Positions 25,210 through 35,983 of a DNA stretch of 64,000 nucleotides are shown here, piece by piece (the stretch's first letter is position 1; each line of letters begins with the position of its first letter). The stretch comes from Eledone cirrhosa (lineage: Eukaryota), in contig CAXHJY010000249.1 in NCBI GenBank assembly GCA_964016885.1, positions 17,910 through 81,909 on the forward strand. Reading direction: 5' to 3'. A program made the translations under genes and the position numbers. A model generated the notes under the pieces. That model had not been told where the DNA came from. It made no database searches and was given only the letters and a program-made list of their open reading frames with translations.

Positions 25210-27022
25210 AGTTTATCAATCCTGGAGAGATTTTTGGCAGAGCTGATCTGCTAGAGAACGGGTCGCAGGTGATGGATAGCGATACGGCCACCAGATATGA
25301 TCGTTAGTTTCGATATTAGCGGGCTCCTGTCGGGCGAATAAGCAACCCCAGACCGACGGCAGTAAACTACATGGGAAGATAGAGCAATGAGTGACACTTA
25401 GCTCCAAAGAAAACTCACACAACCCAATGATGTAGCTACTACGAGGTGAGTAAAAGCCACCTTTAAAAAAGTTTTCGTGGGTCTGGGTACCAAATTGGTG
25501 ACTGTTGTGATTGAGACAATCAAAACACTGAAATACGACCGGAATCAGGAAAGGTATCTGTACCACATTCTCCTTCAAGGGATACTTTCAGGCCGTAGGT
25601 AGCGGAGCCAGTTTGAAAAAATATATTGCAGTCTCCACCGAACGTGCAAGAATTGGCGATGGGCCTGCAATATGTCCTGGGAGGCGTGGGATGGAAGCGC
25701 AAAGGTTATGTATCCCTAAACTCCAGAGGGGCCTGGAAAGAAGCAAACTTTGACAATTGGTAACTGGAATGTTACAATCCTTACAGGAGCAAGAACTAAT
25801 GGAAGAGGCCAAATGCTGCCGGCTAGATATAGTCGGGGTTTCCTCAACAAAGTTCGGTGGCTCTGATATAGGAGATTTGGAGAATGGACACCACTATTCA
25901 GGTGTGGCATCAGAAAAGACTGCACAGGCGGGAGTGGGGATACTCACAAGTCCCCAGCTTTTAGAATGTACTATGTACAGGATACCATTAGGAGGGAGGA
26001 TTTGCCTCTTGAAGCTTAGGCTGAAAGAAAGGTCCCTGTCGGTGGTTCAAGTCTATGCGTCAAACCCGAATACTATCCTTCCTTGATGAAGTCACTGCAG
26101 TGTTAGATGTAGTTAAGACTGAGTCATATATCCTGATGGGGAACTTCAATGCACATGTTGGCACTGACTATCTGAAATGGTAATGAGTGATTGGAAGGAA
26201 CGGTAATCCCGATCTAAATACAAAAAGAGAGGTCTTAGACTTCTGTTCTAATAATGGAGTCTCTATTATGAACACCTTCCAGCACCAAGACATCCATAAA
26301 TACACATAGTATTCGGAGAATCAGGGACAGAAATCAATAATTGATTTTCTTATTGTCTCTGATCTCTTCGATTCTATGTTGGATGTTCGTGTTATGAAAG
26401 GAATTGAGCTGTCAACTGATCACCATATAGTTATCTGCAATGTGAGACTACCTAAAGCCAAGAGAGCCAACAAAACTTGCAAGGCCTGCTAACTAGAACG
26501 CGTCTTTTTAAAGGGGTGCATCCTCGCGAGATGGGAAGAATACTTTACTGATCTCCTAAATCCGGCCACAACAGCAACTTCTGATGGACACAAGGTGCAT
26601 CTGGGAGGGACAGCTTACCTCTCGCAGCTGCAATTGAAGTCAGAAGAGCAATTAAAGTGCTCAAATCTGGCAAGACCGCTGGGGAGGATGAAATTCGGTC
26701 CCATATGTCAAAAGCCTTAAATAGAGAAATTGACTTGTATGTGCCGGGTGGCTGGGATGTCTGGAAAGGCACTTAAGCAATGGCAATCAGGAATGATAAT
26801 CTCAATTTTCAAAAATGTAGACAAGAAAGATTGTTCTAATTATAGAGGGATCTATTTGTTAAGCCTCCCCGGTAAAGTCTATGCTAAGTGTTAGACAAAG
26901 CAATGTGGAGATAGTGTTGAGTAGAAGCTAGCTGATGAACAATGTGGTTTTCGCCCCAGATGTAGCAGAGATGACCAAATATTCACACTAAGCCAGTAAC
27001 TTAGATGAAGAAGAAGAAGAAG
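25210..27022 (+). mobile_element. Internally deleted Expander/Rex3-like RTE LINE: 5' UTR, APE endonuclease, start of RT, then (GAA)n
   Basis: IGNWNVT, LDIVGVSSTK, YSGVA..AQAGVGIL, GNFNAHVG, KSIIDFLIVS, LSTDHH, RWEEYFTDLLNP, CSNYRGIYLLSLPGKVYAK, DEQCGFRP..DQIFTL; multiple stops and frameshifts. Confidence 0.9.
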
Positions 27023-27574
27023 ATTGGCCATTCGTTCTTGTTTGTGCTCCAGCCACAGGAGTCCTGCTATGTGTCGCCCCTGGGTAGTTCATTCTCAAGC
27101 TCCTTCTGCTATGCATCAGTACCTATGCACGTCTCTGGCCCCACCGTCCATTCTTGTGGAGGCAGAAAATCGGGGCTAATACATCTCACATTGAGTGCAG
27201 TGATTTGAGAAAAGATGGAATCGAAGCGAATGCAACAACAAAGTAAAGAATGGAATGGTGTGTAGAATAAAGGGACAATAGCACAAATTGGTCGTTTTGC
27301 TACAGAACACTTTGCAAATGGTTGGCATGCAATACGAGAAATGAAGCGAAAAGTGTATAACGACCTTACCCGCTTCGACACCATTCTCAATCAACCAATT
27401 GTCCTTGAGGGCGGCCATTTCACGATGTCTCAAACTACAATGAAAAGCAAAACTTATGACAGTCTCTCTCTGGCACTCCATCGAGTGTTCCAGTTAATCC
27501 GATCAATGGGGCAACCTGCTTGTGAAAGTGGCTGAGCATTCCACAGAATATGACAAGGCTAGCCCTTTGAATTA

Positions 27575-27721
27575 CGGGTAGAACTCATTTTTGCCAGCTA
27601 AGTGGACTGGAACAATGTGAAATAAAGTGTCTTGCTCAAGGACACAAGCGCCACCGGGAATCGAACTCATGACTTTACGATTGTGAGCTGGATACCCTAA
27701 CCACAAAGCCACGCACCTTCG
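27575..27721 (-). mobile_element. CORE-SINE 5' part
   Basis: Reverse complement has a tRNA head (gtggttaggg, gagttcgattccc) and gtgtccttgagcaagacactttatttcacattg. Confidence 0.8.
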
Positions 27722-28039
27722 CAGTCACTATCACATACACAGGCAGCGCCAATAATTCTTCTATTTAACAATGGCCAAAGTAAAGCAGAGCTGTTCTGCC
27801 TTACAACACAACAACTTGGTGAGACAACACATAGCAGTGAAGCCTTATCACTCAAATGACGACGGTGGAGAGCAAAGCCCACTACAGCGGGGATATTGGA
27901 AAAGGAGGAACCAAAGTGAATGGGGAATAAAGGAACAGGATCAGTTTAAACATGCATCAACCCGGCCCTGCACCGCCCTCAATAAGAGCCAATTCTTCTT
28001 CCATTTATCCTTGAGGACAGTAATTTCACGGTTTCCCGA

Positions 28040-28316
28040 ACAATGGTAGGTGGTGGCAACGAGAAGGACTGAGGCCAACGTTGAGCATGTGAAGCAGGCG
28101 GTTTTTGGTGATCATTGGCTGACTGATCAACTGATCGCTAGTGAGCTGGACATGAACCGTGACAGAGTTTGGAAGATTATCACTGAATATTTGGGTATAC
28201 GGAAGATCTGCACAAAAATGGTGCCGAAGCTGCTGATTGAGGATCAGAAGGAGCGAAGCATGCAGGTGTGTCAGGACACTCTTGAGCGTCTTGAAACCGA
28301 ACCAGACTTTTCCTGA
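28040..28316 (+). mobile_element. mariner transposase fragment
   Basis: LIASELDMNRDRVWKIITEYLGIRKICTKMVPKLLIEDQKERSMQVC: second HTH plus WVPxxL linker. Confidence 0.85.
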
Positions 28317-28389
28317 ATCCTTGTGCATTCGACTAAAATGGATTACCAGCCGGGAACGGATGTACATATTTTAAACATACAGGACAGTA

Positions 28390-28960
28390 GTGATCAAGTG
28401 TGATTGATGGAATTGCATGCAACTGAAAGCCTTGCCTTGGGGTCATGGCATGTTTTTCTCATGGTTGACAAAAACAGGGTTTTGAAAGTGTGGTTCGGCC
28501 ACAGACAGTACAGATGGAAGATCAATAATTTGCAGCATTCGGGCGTTGCATTTCATCATTTGGTGAGCAATTTGAGTTTTCACAAATTGCAGGCAGTTGT
28601 CTCTGGCTATAAGCCACCATTCATTCCTATTCAATGTAAGATATTCCCAGCTTGCAGTGTTAATGTCCAAAGACTGAAGGTTAGCTTTTCTGACAGAGAG
28701 TCTCATTCTTTGGAGATGTAGGTGCTGGAGGTACTTCTCAAGAGATAGTTCATTTGGGAGCAACTGCTTCAGAAATCTAAAATCAAAACGACAGATAACA
28801 CGATCAAATCTGTACATATGATACCTGATGAGGAAAATCTCAATACTCCTGACAGCATACTCTTTCCAGTACTTCCGTAACATATGTAAATGATTTCCAG
28901 CTGATGTTCAATATACGCATAAATAGTTCTGGTGGATTCTTTTAAGAATCTAGATGTGCA
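28390..28960 (-). mobile_element. Decayed RTE (BovB-like) LINE C-terminal fragment
   Basis: KANLQSLDINTASWEYLTLNRNEW resembles the RTE-BovB C-terminus. Confidence 0.6.
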
Positions 28961-29603
28961 GTGATTCTTAGCGATGAGGCATTCACAGCTTCTAAATAAA
29001 GCTGATGTTTATAGTGCTATAGGGAGTGCTGGTCATTTGATGAAAGAGAAGGAACTATAAAGCAATATATTAGAGTAGATCTTGCATTAGAAATTCTATT
29101 GAAATTAAAAAAATTTCAGTGAAAATTACAGTAATATTTATGGAATTGAGTTAACAACTAAAGGCTTGAATTTAGCTAACAGAGAACTCTGTTGATGACA
29201 GTGATGTGAAATTCAATCGGCATGTTGAGGAATACAGTGGGCTATTATTGTATTATGTGTAGATTCTCAGAGAAACAAAAGTGACAGTTACATGTTTTGG
29301 GTGAATAGGAAAAAGGGCTTCGTAGAGAATACTCCTAGTAATATTGGGCAAACCACTTCCCTCATTCTAAAGCCTCCAGGTACAAGTCCAGTTTTCTTTA
29401 ACCCTAGACTAAAGGTGTAAATAGGTTGAAGAAGCTTTTCCCTAAAGTTATTCGATGTGTCTTCTGTTTTATTCCTCGAGAGACCATCAAGTGGTGTGAA
29501 GGACATGACTCATGCCTTAGAAAGGCAGTGGACAGGTGGATTTCCACAGTTGTAGGTGATCGCGTAGGGTTATGTTTTTTACTGTTGTTTAGGTAAGCAG
29601 AAT

Positions 29604-30431
29604 TAAAATTAGCATTATGCACGTTAAAAAAGTTGATGATATATGTTCTTGGGAAATGTTGTCTAACAGCATCATACAGGAAAACGAATATTGCAGCATA
29701 CAACACTAAAGAACAATCTCTAACATGCATAAAGATAAATCTTCTATGTGTAGAATAGGTCGAGTAGAAATTGTGTTTAAACTTCATTCTTTTCACAACG
29801 ATGTTTCTTATTAAAAACTGCAGTTGTATCTACATTGAATATATCTTAAACCTTCTACTATGTGCTGTGTTTTGCATGAATATATATTATTTAATTAATC
29901 ACGTTACCAAACGAACATACGTCATGCTAATTAGATTGAAAATTCCAGTTATGTTCTATCACATTCCCCCATGTACACAGAATCATCGAGGTATTTATTA
30001 TCTGATAAGGAGACAATGATCTCTGAAACGCAGGCATAAGAATAATGTCTTATATTTTTCTGTGTACTGAATGAATAGTAGAAAGTTTGTTTGCGTCTCC
30101 TTATTTTCATAGCATGGATTCTAATTTAAACAATATGGTGGTATCTAAATTAACTATATACTCTATGTGTGTGTATATATATATAATGTAGGAGGTGAGT
30201 TTTATTGTAGCACAATAAAGCAATAAGAATAAAATTAGCATTATGCACGTTAAAAGAGTTGATGATATATGTTCTTGGGAAATGTCTAACAGCATCATAC
30301 AGGAAAACGAATATTGCAGCATACAACACTAAAGAACAATCTCTAACATGCATAAAGATAGATCTTCTATGTGTAGAATGGGTCGAGTAGAAATTGTGTT
30401 TAAACTTCATTCTTTTCACAACGATGTTTCT
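29604..30431 (+). repeat. Direct repeat of about 205 bp (29604-29808 and 30230-30431)
   Basis: taaaattagcattatgcacg...cacaacgatgtttct occurs twice, differing by a few substitutions and one 3-bp indel. Confidence 0.95.
29995..30045 (+). ncRNA. Degenerate type I hammerhead ribozyme (core CUGAUAA instead of CUGAUGA)
   Basis: ttattat-CTGATAA-ggaga/caatga/tctct-GAAA-cgcaggca-TA-agaataa; stem I 6 of 7 bp, stem II 5 bp. Confidence 0.55.
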
Positions 30432-30748
30432 ATAATTCTATAATAAATAGACGTACGGATTTATTTTCGCTCTGCTTGCATAAATCCCATAGAACTTTCC
30501 ATAAAGTATACAGCTAATATCTCAATACCTAATTAGTTTAAAATCTTCTTTTCTCAAACGCTTTTATATCTTTTACAAATATACCCATCTTTCTACCTTA
30601 TTTCAGTATATTATATTATACAATTTACTCATTCTATGTCGTTAGCGGTCCCCTATCTTTCTTCTTTTTTATCCGTTTTCCTTTCTTCCTTGTTTCTCTG
30701 TAACTTTTACTTCTCAATTACTTCTTAATTCATATTATTACTCACTAT

Positions 30749-30940
30749 AGCAGGTGGATTGGCAGTATCGGTAGAGAGTCGGACGCCATGCTTTCCAGCA
30801 TAGTTACGTCCCTTTACGATCTGAGTTCAAATCCCGCCGAGGTTGACTTTGCCTTTCATCCTTACGGGGTCGATAAAATAAAGTACCAGTAATGCACTGG
30901 GTAATTGCTGGCCTTGTGCCTAAAGTAGAAACAATTATTA
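30749..30940 (+). mobile_element. tRNA-derived SINE inserted in the PLE tail
   Basis: gagttcaaatcccgcc B box; gcctttcatccttacggggtcgataaaataaagtaccag central motif; attactcactatagca duplicated on both sides (TSD). Confidence 0.85.
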
Positions 30941-31690
30941 CTCACTATAGCATTTTCCTTTTTCCTTATATTCTTGACCATACAAACTATATTTTTTTAA
31001 TATATACCAATATTACCATTAGTAAATTTTGTAAACATATATATTTTTTGACGTTATATATTTTTTTTCTTCCTTAAATTTTCTTCTTTCTTCTCTCCTT
31101 CCGTACTCCTATTAAACCTATTATTTACTTTTACATATTACAATACATAAAAACAAACTTAAACCCTAACTAATTCCTCTAAGTTCATAATTCATTTAAT
31201 CTCTCCTTCATTCACATTATATCCTTAATATTTTTATTTTAATAATACATATTAATAAATTCTTTTTTCACACATATTATTAAACCCTTCAATATATAAA
31301 CCTTAAATAAATACTATTTTTAATTCCTTTTTCTTTAATCATAAACATCACCATCCATAAACCTCATTAACTTTTAATTTCAAAATCTTTTTAAATTATC
31401 TATTATCTTTCAACGGTTTTTTTAAATTTCTCTCTGTGAGACAATGTTTTCTCAGTTTTAAAGGCTATTTCTCTGTGACTATCACTCATTTCTCCTCCTC
31501 TCTCATCCTTCCTTCTTATACTCCTCCCCCGTCATCCTTTATTTTCTTTCTTCCTCTTCCTTACCTTTTCCTACCCCCCCCCCCTCTTTTTTTTCCCAAT
31601 CTCATATATCCATCTTACTTTATTTTTCATATGTTGATTTAACACTTCACTGCTCGCAAGTGTTTTTTAAGCTTCATATCATATCTCCCT

Positions 31691-31759
31691 ATTTTATCTG
31701 ATGAGAACGCAAATATCATCGCATGATGATATTTGTTTTTGAAATGCGCATAATAAAAT
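31691..31759 (+). ncRNA. Type I hammerhead ribozyme, Penelope type
   Basis: attttat-CTGATGA-16-bp stem II (one mismatch, loop gcat)-GAAA-tgcgca-TA-ataaaat; perfect 7-bp stem I; short palindromic stem III; predicted cleavage after 31752. Confidence 0.9.
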
Positions 31760-31788
31760 ACATGGAACTCTTTTAACCATCTTTTGAT

Positions 31789-31790
<2 letters not shown>

Positions 31791-31851
<61 letters not shown>
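31791..31851. repeat. (TA)n microsatellite
   Basis: Pure TA run between two convergent PLE-like ends. Confidence 0.95.
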
Positions 31852-31854
<3 letters not shown>

Positions 31855-31855
<1 letters not shown>

Positions 31856-32660
31856 TTAGGTTTGTTGGTTCACCATTGGATAGAACTGGTCATTCCGTAT
31901 GTCCAACCTCGATGTAATATTAGGGAGAATACTCAACGTAATGCAACTCACCCGTCTTCGTTTGTGTTGTTGGTGGTGTGAATCCTGTTATTATAAAATA
32001 ACAGGAGGCTGGACTAGTGTAATTCCTTAAAAGGTTTATTATACTATGATCATTTCAGTGACTGGGTTCAGTATGAATCCGGTGACATCATCAGGTATTC
32101 GAAATTTAACAAAGGAATATAATAGACAAAATCCATGGGGCTAAAAAGCAGAGACAGGAGGGCGGCCGAACATATAGCAGCTTCTAGCCCGGTCAACCGC
32201 CCTCAAGTGAGGATTATTAAGTCTTCTTATGTCCTTCTGGTGAAGGGGCGTAGGCTTATAGTGTACTACTACCATCCCGCCATAGACAGAGGCCAGCGGT
32301 GAGATCAGGTTACATTCAAGCTGGTCAGAAGTGCTAGAAAGTGCCACGAAAAATATTTGTTCAAAAAACTTAAATCTTTAACAAAGCTATATATAGTGGG
32401 CGTCTGCACAGTATATTGTAGGGTCAGAAATTACGATTAACAATTAGAAACGTTAAATTTATGTTTAGAGTTAAAAGATGCCATTTAAGATGAAATTAGA
32501 AAAATAAGGTTAAAAGTTTAAGTGTATTACAGATAGTCACGATAAAGTTTCAGAGTAGAATATAGAGTAAAGATTAAGCCCATGCTTAGCGGTCAATAAC
32601 CAGCGATGTGACGTAAGATCGAGCATTGAAACAGATATAGTTATACTTTGGGAGGATTAT
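31855..32660 (-). mobile_element. Probable Penelope-like element 3' end; far boundary approximate
   Basis: Minus-strand hammerhead followed by AATAAA, ending at (TA)n; no clear protein remnant seen. Confidence 0.5.
32041..32098 (-). ncRNA. Type I hammerhead ribozyme, Penelope type
   Basis: Minus strand: atac-CTGATGA-tgtcaccggattca/tac/tgaacccagtcact-GAAA-tgatca-TA-gtat; palindromic stem III; stem II partly decayed. Confidence 0.8.
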
Positions 32661-33594
32661 GCTGCCAGTAAAAAAAAAAACCCCAAAAAAACACAAACCA
32701 ATTGAGTTTTACTTCAGCCAACGAAAGATTATCACGTTCACTCACCTGCCATGTTCGTCTGCATGGATTCTGATAATGATTGTGACAGAAAGTCCGTCAC
32801 TGCAGATTCTATCGTATTCAGAATTTGGAACACCTCTTCCAAATGTGTGGCCTTGTGACCATATTAGACATTATTTCAAGATGGTAGACAGGCAGAATTG
32901 TTAGAGCGTTGAACAAAATGCTTTGCAGTATGTGCTCCTGTTTTTTTCGCTCTGAGTTCAAACTCCGTCTCAGTCAACTTTGTATTTAATCCTTCTGGGG
33001 TTGATAAAATAAGTAACTATTCCATTCCTCGGTTAGTCTAGAAAATAGATGGTTATTTAATTGTCGAACCATTTTCGCCACACATTTTGTGACCTTGTCA
33101 ATGAATATTTTGTCCTTCTGTATCTTCTTTTCATTTTGATTTAGTTCTAATTACTCCTTATTCTTCAAAAATGGCTCCTGCCTTTTTTGAGAGCTGAGAG
33201 GACATCATGTGGAGTAGAGCTGAGACCCATACTAGATGACGTATTCCAGACCTGCTTCAAGCACTGGGTTGAATGAGTGGAGGCACAAGCTGCCTACTTG
33301 AAAGAGAATTAGCAATTGAACTCTATCAAGTTTGTAATATACATATTTACCCCATATTAAAGTCCGGTACGTTTTCAATATACCGGTTATAATCTAAGGG
33401 AAATAACTTTAAAATACTTTTCAAAAGAAGCGAAAGTCATTTAGAGTTATCTCCCTTTAATTATGTATTTCACGTGACTAAACATTTTTTCTTCTTTCGA
33501 AGATTAATGTATGTATGTATGTGTAAGTCAACGAAAGGCTGTCATGTGTTCCAACCTCTTATGTTCGCCTGTCTGGCTTCTATGTGTGATAATT

Positions 33595-34280
33595 GTTTCT
33601 ACTTTAGGCACAAGGCCAGCAATTATCCAGTGCATTACTGGTACTTTAATGTCAACGTCAACCTCGACGAGATTTAAACGCAGATCATAAAGGGACGTAA
33701 CTATGCTTCAAAGCATGGCGTCCGACCCTCTACCGATACTGCCAATCCAGTGTGATAATGATTATGACTGAGGGTACGTCACAGAATTGGCTAAATTATG
33801 CCGTATTTAGAATTTGGAACACCTTTTAAATTAGTAGCCTTGTGACCATGTTAGAAATTATTTCAAAGCGGTTGATTTACAGAATCGTTAGTGTGTCGGA
33901 CAAAAAGTTTTACAGTATGTGTTCTGGCTCCTTTTGTTCGTAGTTCAAATCGCGCCGAGGCCAAATTTGCATTTCATATTTCCAGGAGTCGGTAAAATAG
34001 TACCAGTCAAATAGCGGTGTTGATTTAATCAACCTTCCACAAAAGTTGCTGGCCTTGTGCATACATTAGACATTTCCGTTATTAATATTATAGTAGTAGT
34101 AGTAGTAGTAGTTGTTGTTGTTGTTGGTATACGTTCTGAGTTCAAATACCACCGAAGTTAGCTTTACCTTTCATCCTTACGAGGTTGATAAAATAATGTA
34201 CCAGTAATGCACTGGGGTCGATTTTATTTGACTTTCCCCTTCCCCCAAATCGTTGGCTTTGTGCCTAAATCAGAAACAAT
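33595..34280. mobile_element. Cluster of three tRNA-SINE copies (one minus, two plus)
   Basis: Repeated gttcaaat..ccgagg..tttcatcc..gataaaata..gtaccagt and ggccttgtgcctaaa motifs. Confidence 0.7.
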
Positions 34281-34399
34281 TATTATCATTATACTCGTCT
34301 TGAGGTCCTTTTTTGAGGCATTGTTTAATGACCTTCCTGGTCACCTACTACGACACACACAGATATTGTGTACCTATTCTCAACAGAATACACACAGCA

Positions 34400-34825
34400 A
34401 GTGTTGGAAAGACTCAGTGAAGAGGATGAATAAAAAAGTGAGGGTTAATGAAATGCAGTTAGGATTTGTGTGAGAAAAAAGAATGACTGATGCAACTTTA
34501 ATAGTGGAGCAGTTACAGAAGTACAGGGACAAGAAGAAGAATTTGTTTTTTGTGGTTTGTTGATCTTGAGAAAGTTTTCAATACAGTAGTGACTTGGGCA
34601 TTGAGAGAATTAAAAGTGGAAGAACGGTTGGTTAGAATGGAAAATGTAAGGGTGTCCAAGGTTGGGTCATGTGTTAAGGAAAGTTGAAAGTGACCGGGTG
34701 AGAGGAACTGAATGTGGAAGGAAGTAGATGAAGGGGAAGACCATGAAAGACATAGCTAAAGATAATGGAGAAGGAAATGAAAGCCAGAAAGTTGATGAGT
34801 GGGCATGCAGCTGATAGGGCCTGCA
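34400..34825 (+). mobile_element. Internally deleted RTE LINE fragment
   Basis: VNEMQLGFV..TDATLIVEQLQK..FVDLEKVF, then EGSR*RGRP*KT. Confidence 0.7.
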
Positions 34826-34829
34826 AAAC

Positions 34830-35190
34830 TAACCTTTGGAAGATAACTTTAGAATGCTTGTTGTTAATGAGTTGCAGGAATAACATTGACAGGGAGGGAA
34901 TTCCAGAGAGATGATGTTCTAGGGAGCAAGGAATGGGTACAGTTATTAATGCAAGACCCGAAGTGTGAGAGAGAACTTAATATGAGTGACAAGGGGAAGA
35001 GGAATGGGTGAGTCAAGAGGACCTGAGTGATGGTGAGATGAGACCAGTAAGCTCCAAGGAGCAAATATCATTCTAGGAGAAGTAAAAAAAAACAAAGTGA
35101 GACGAAGTCTGTGAGGCCAGAGGCTGGAGTGCGTTTGAGAACAAGTTCATGCCAATCACTTACATGGCCTCTTTTGTAATGCAATCAAGG
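34830..35190 (-). mobile_element. CR1-group LINE 3' fragment
   Basis: LQPLA.. and SLLPRTSSLWNSLPVNVIP, a typical CR1/L2-group ORF2 C-terminus. Confidence 0.7.
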
Positions 35191-35196
35191 ATGTTT

Positions 35197-35545
35197 GCTT
35201 CTCTTCTCTTCTTCTTCGCTCACTTATTTCTGAGAGGGTCATGGGGGCAAAGTCCTCAAACACTCCTTTCAGTGGGATCTGTCAGAAGTGAGACCAGCCA
35301 AGCTCAAGGATGTTATCCAACCATCTTGCTGGGAGTCTACCCCTGGGTCTCCTGCTGGGTGGTTTTCCCCGTAAAATCTGTCCAGCGATTCTTTCCGGAG
35401 ACATTCTAACCACAAGCCCATAGTATCAGAGCTGTGGTGTTTCAATTCAGAGAAGTAGCGGCTCTACCTGGAGTGACTCTGATCTCCAAGTTACGCACTT
35501 TACCAAGTAACATTACTCCAAAGACCCTTTGGAGGAACCCCATTT
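35197..35545 (-). mobile_element. Expander/Rex3-like RTE LINE 3' end with (GAA)n tail
   Basis: Minus: ERIAGQILRGKPPSRRPRGRLPARWLDNILELGWS; tail gaagaagaag. Confidence 0.75.
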
Positions 35546-35765
35546 CAGATGTTTGCATAAATCAAAAAAATAGTTAGTTACTATTTTAAGATTTATGTCA
35601 TAAAATATATCATCCTAATTCCATGACCCCAAGAAAATTAAAGGTTATGGTGCTATAATTTTATGGGCAAGATGGTTGGATAACATCTGAGCTTGGCTGG
35701 TCAAGAAGAAGAAGAAGAAGCTGCTGCTGCTGCTATAATGAGCTAGTTGAGATTAGTCTTATAGT

Positions 35766-35983
35766 TTAACCCTTTAGCATTCACATTACTCTATATATAC
35801 TATTATATTTTCATGGTAAAGGCTTTACCTCGCATAATTATCTCACATAATATCGAATCTATGAGATTTTGAAAGTATTTATTTTGAGAACAATACCGTA
35901 ACATCAGTTTGAGCGACCAGATACAGCCAGTTTCAACAGAAAGAGGTAGAGAATTCTGGTCGGTTTGAACATTAAAGGTTTAA
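35766..35983. mobile_element. piggyBac-type MITE
   Basis: ttaa-ccctttagcattca ... tgaacattaaaggt-ttaa; internal similarity to the 16614 and 6372 copies. Confidence 0.7.

Larger units (their letters stand above)
30432..31790 (+). mobile_element. Penelope-like element 3' end / pseudo-LTR, interrupted by a SINE
   Basis: IINRRTDLFSLCLHKSH resembles the PLE C-terminal LNKRxELxSxCxH motif; long pyrimidine-rich tail; hammerhead at 31691; ends at (TA)n. Confidence 0.6.

Noticed and set aside
26930-26945. CTGATGA motif
   Set aside because: Part of the RT coding sequence (LADEQ); no hammerhead stems
28825-28860. CTGATGA followed by a short stem
   Set aside because: GACA rather than GAAA, no stem I, and it lies within a LINE fragment
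29404-29796. 130-aa minus-strand ORF, partly duplicated at 30150-30419
   Set aside because: No recognisable domain; the duplication is explained by the DNA direct repeat
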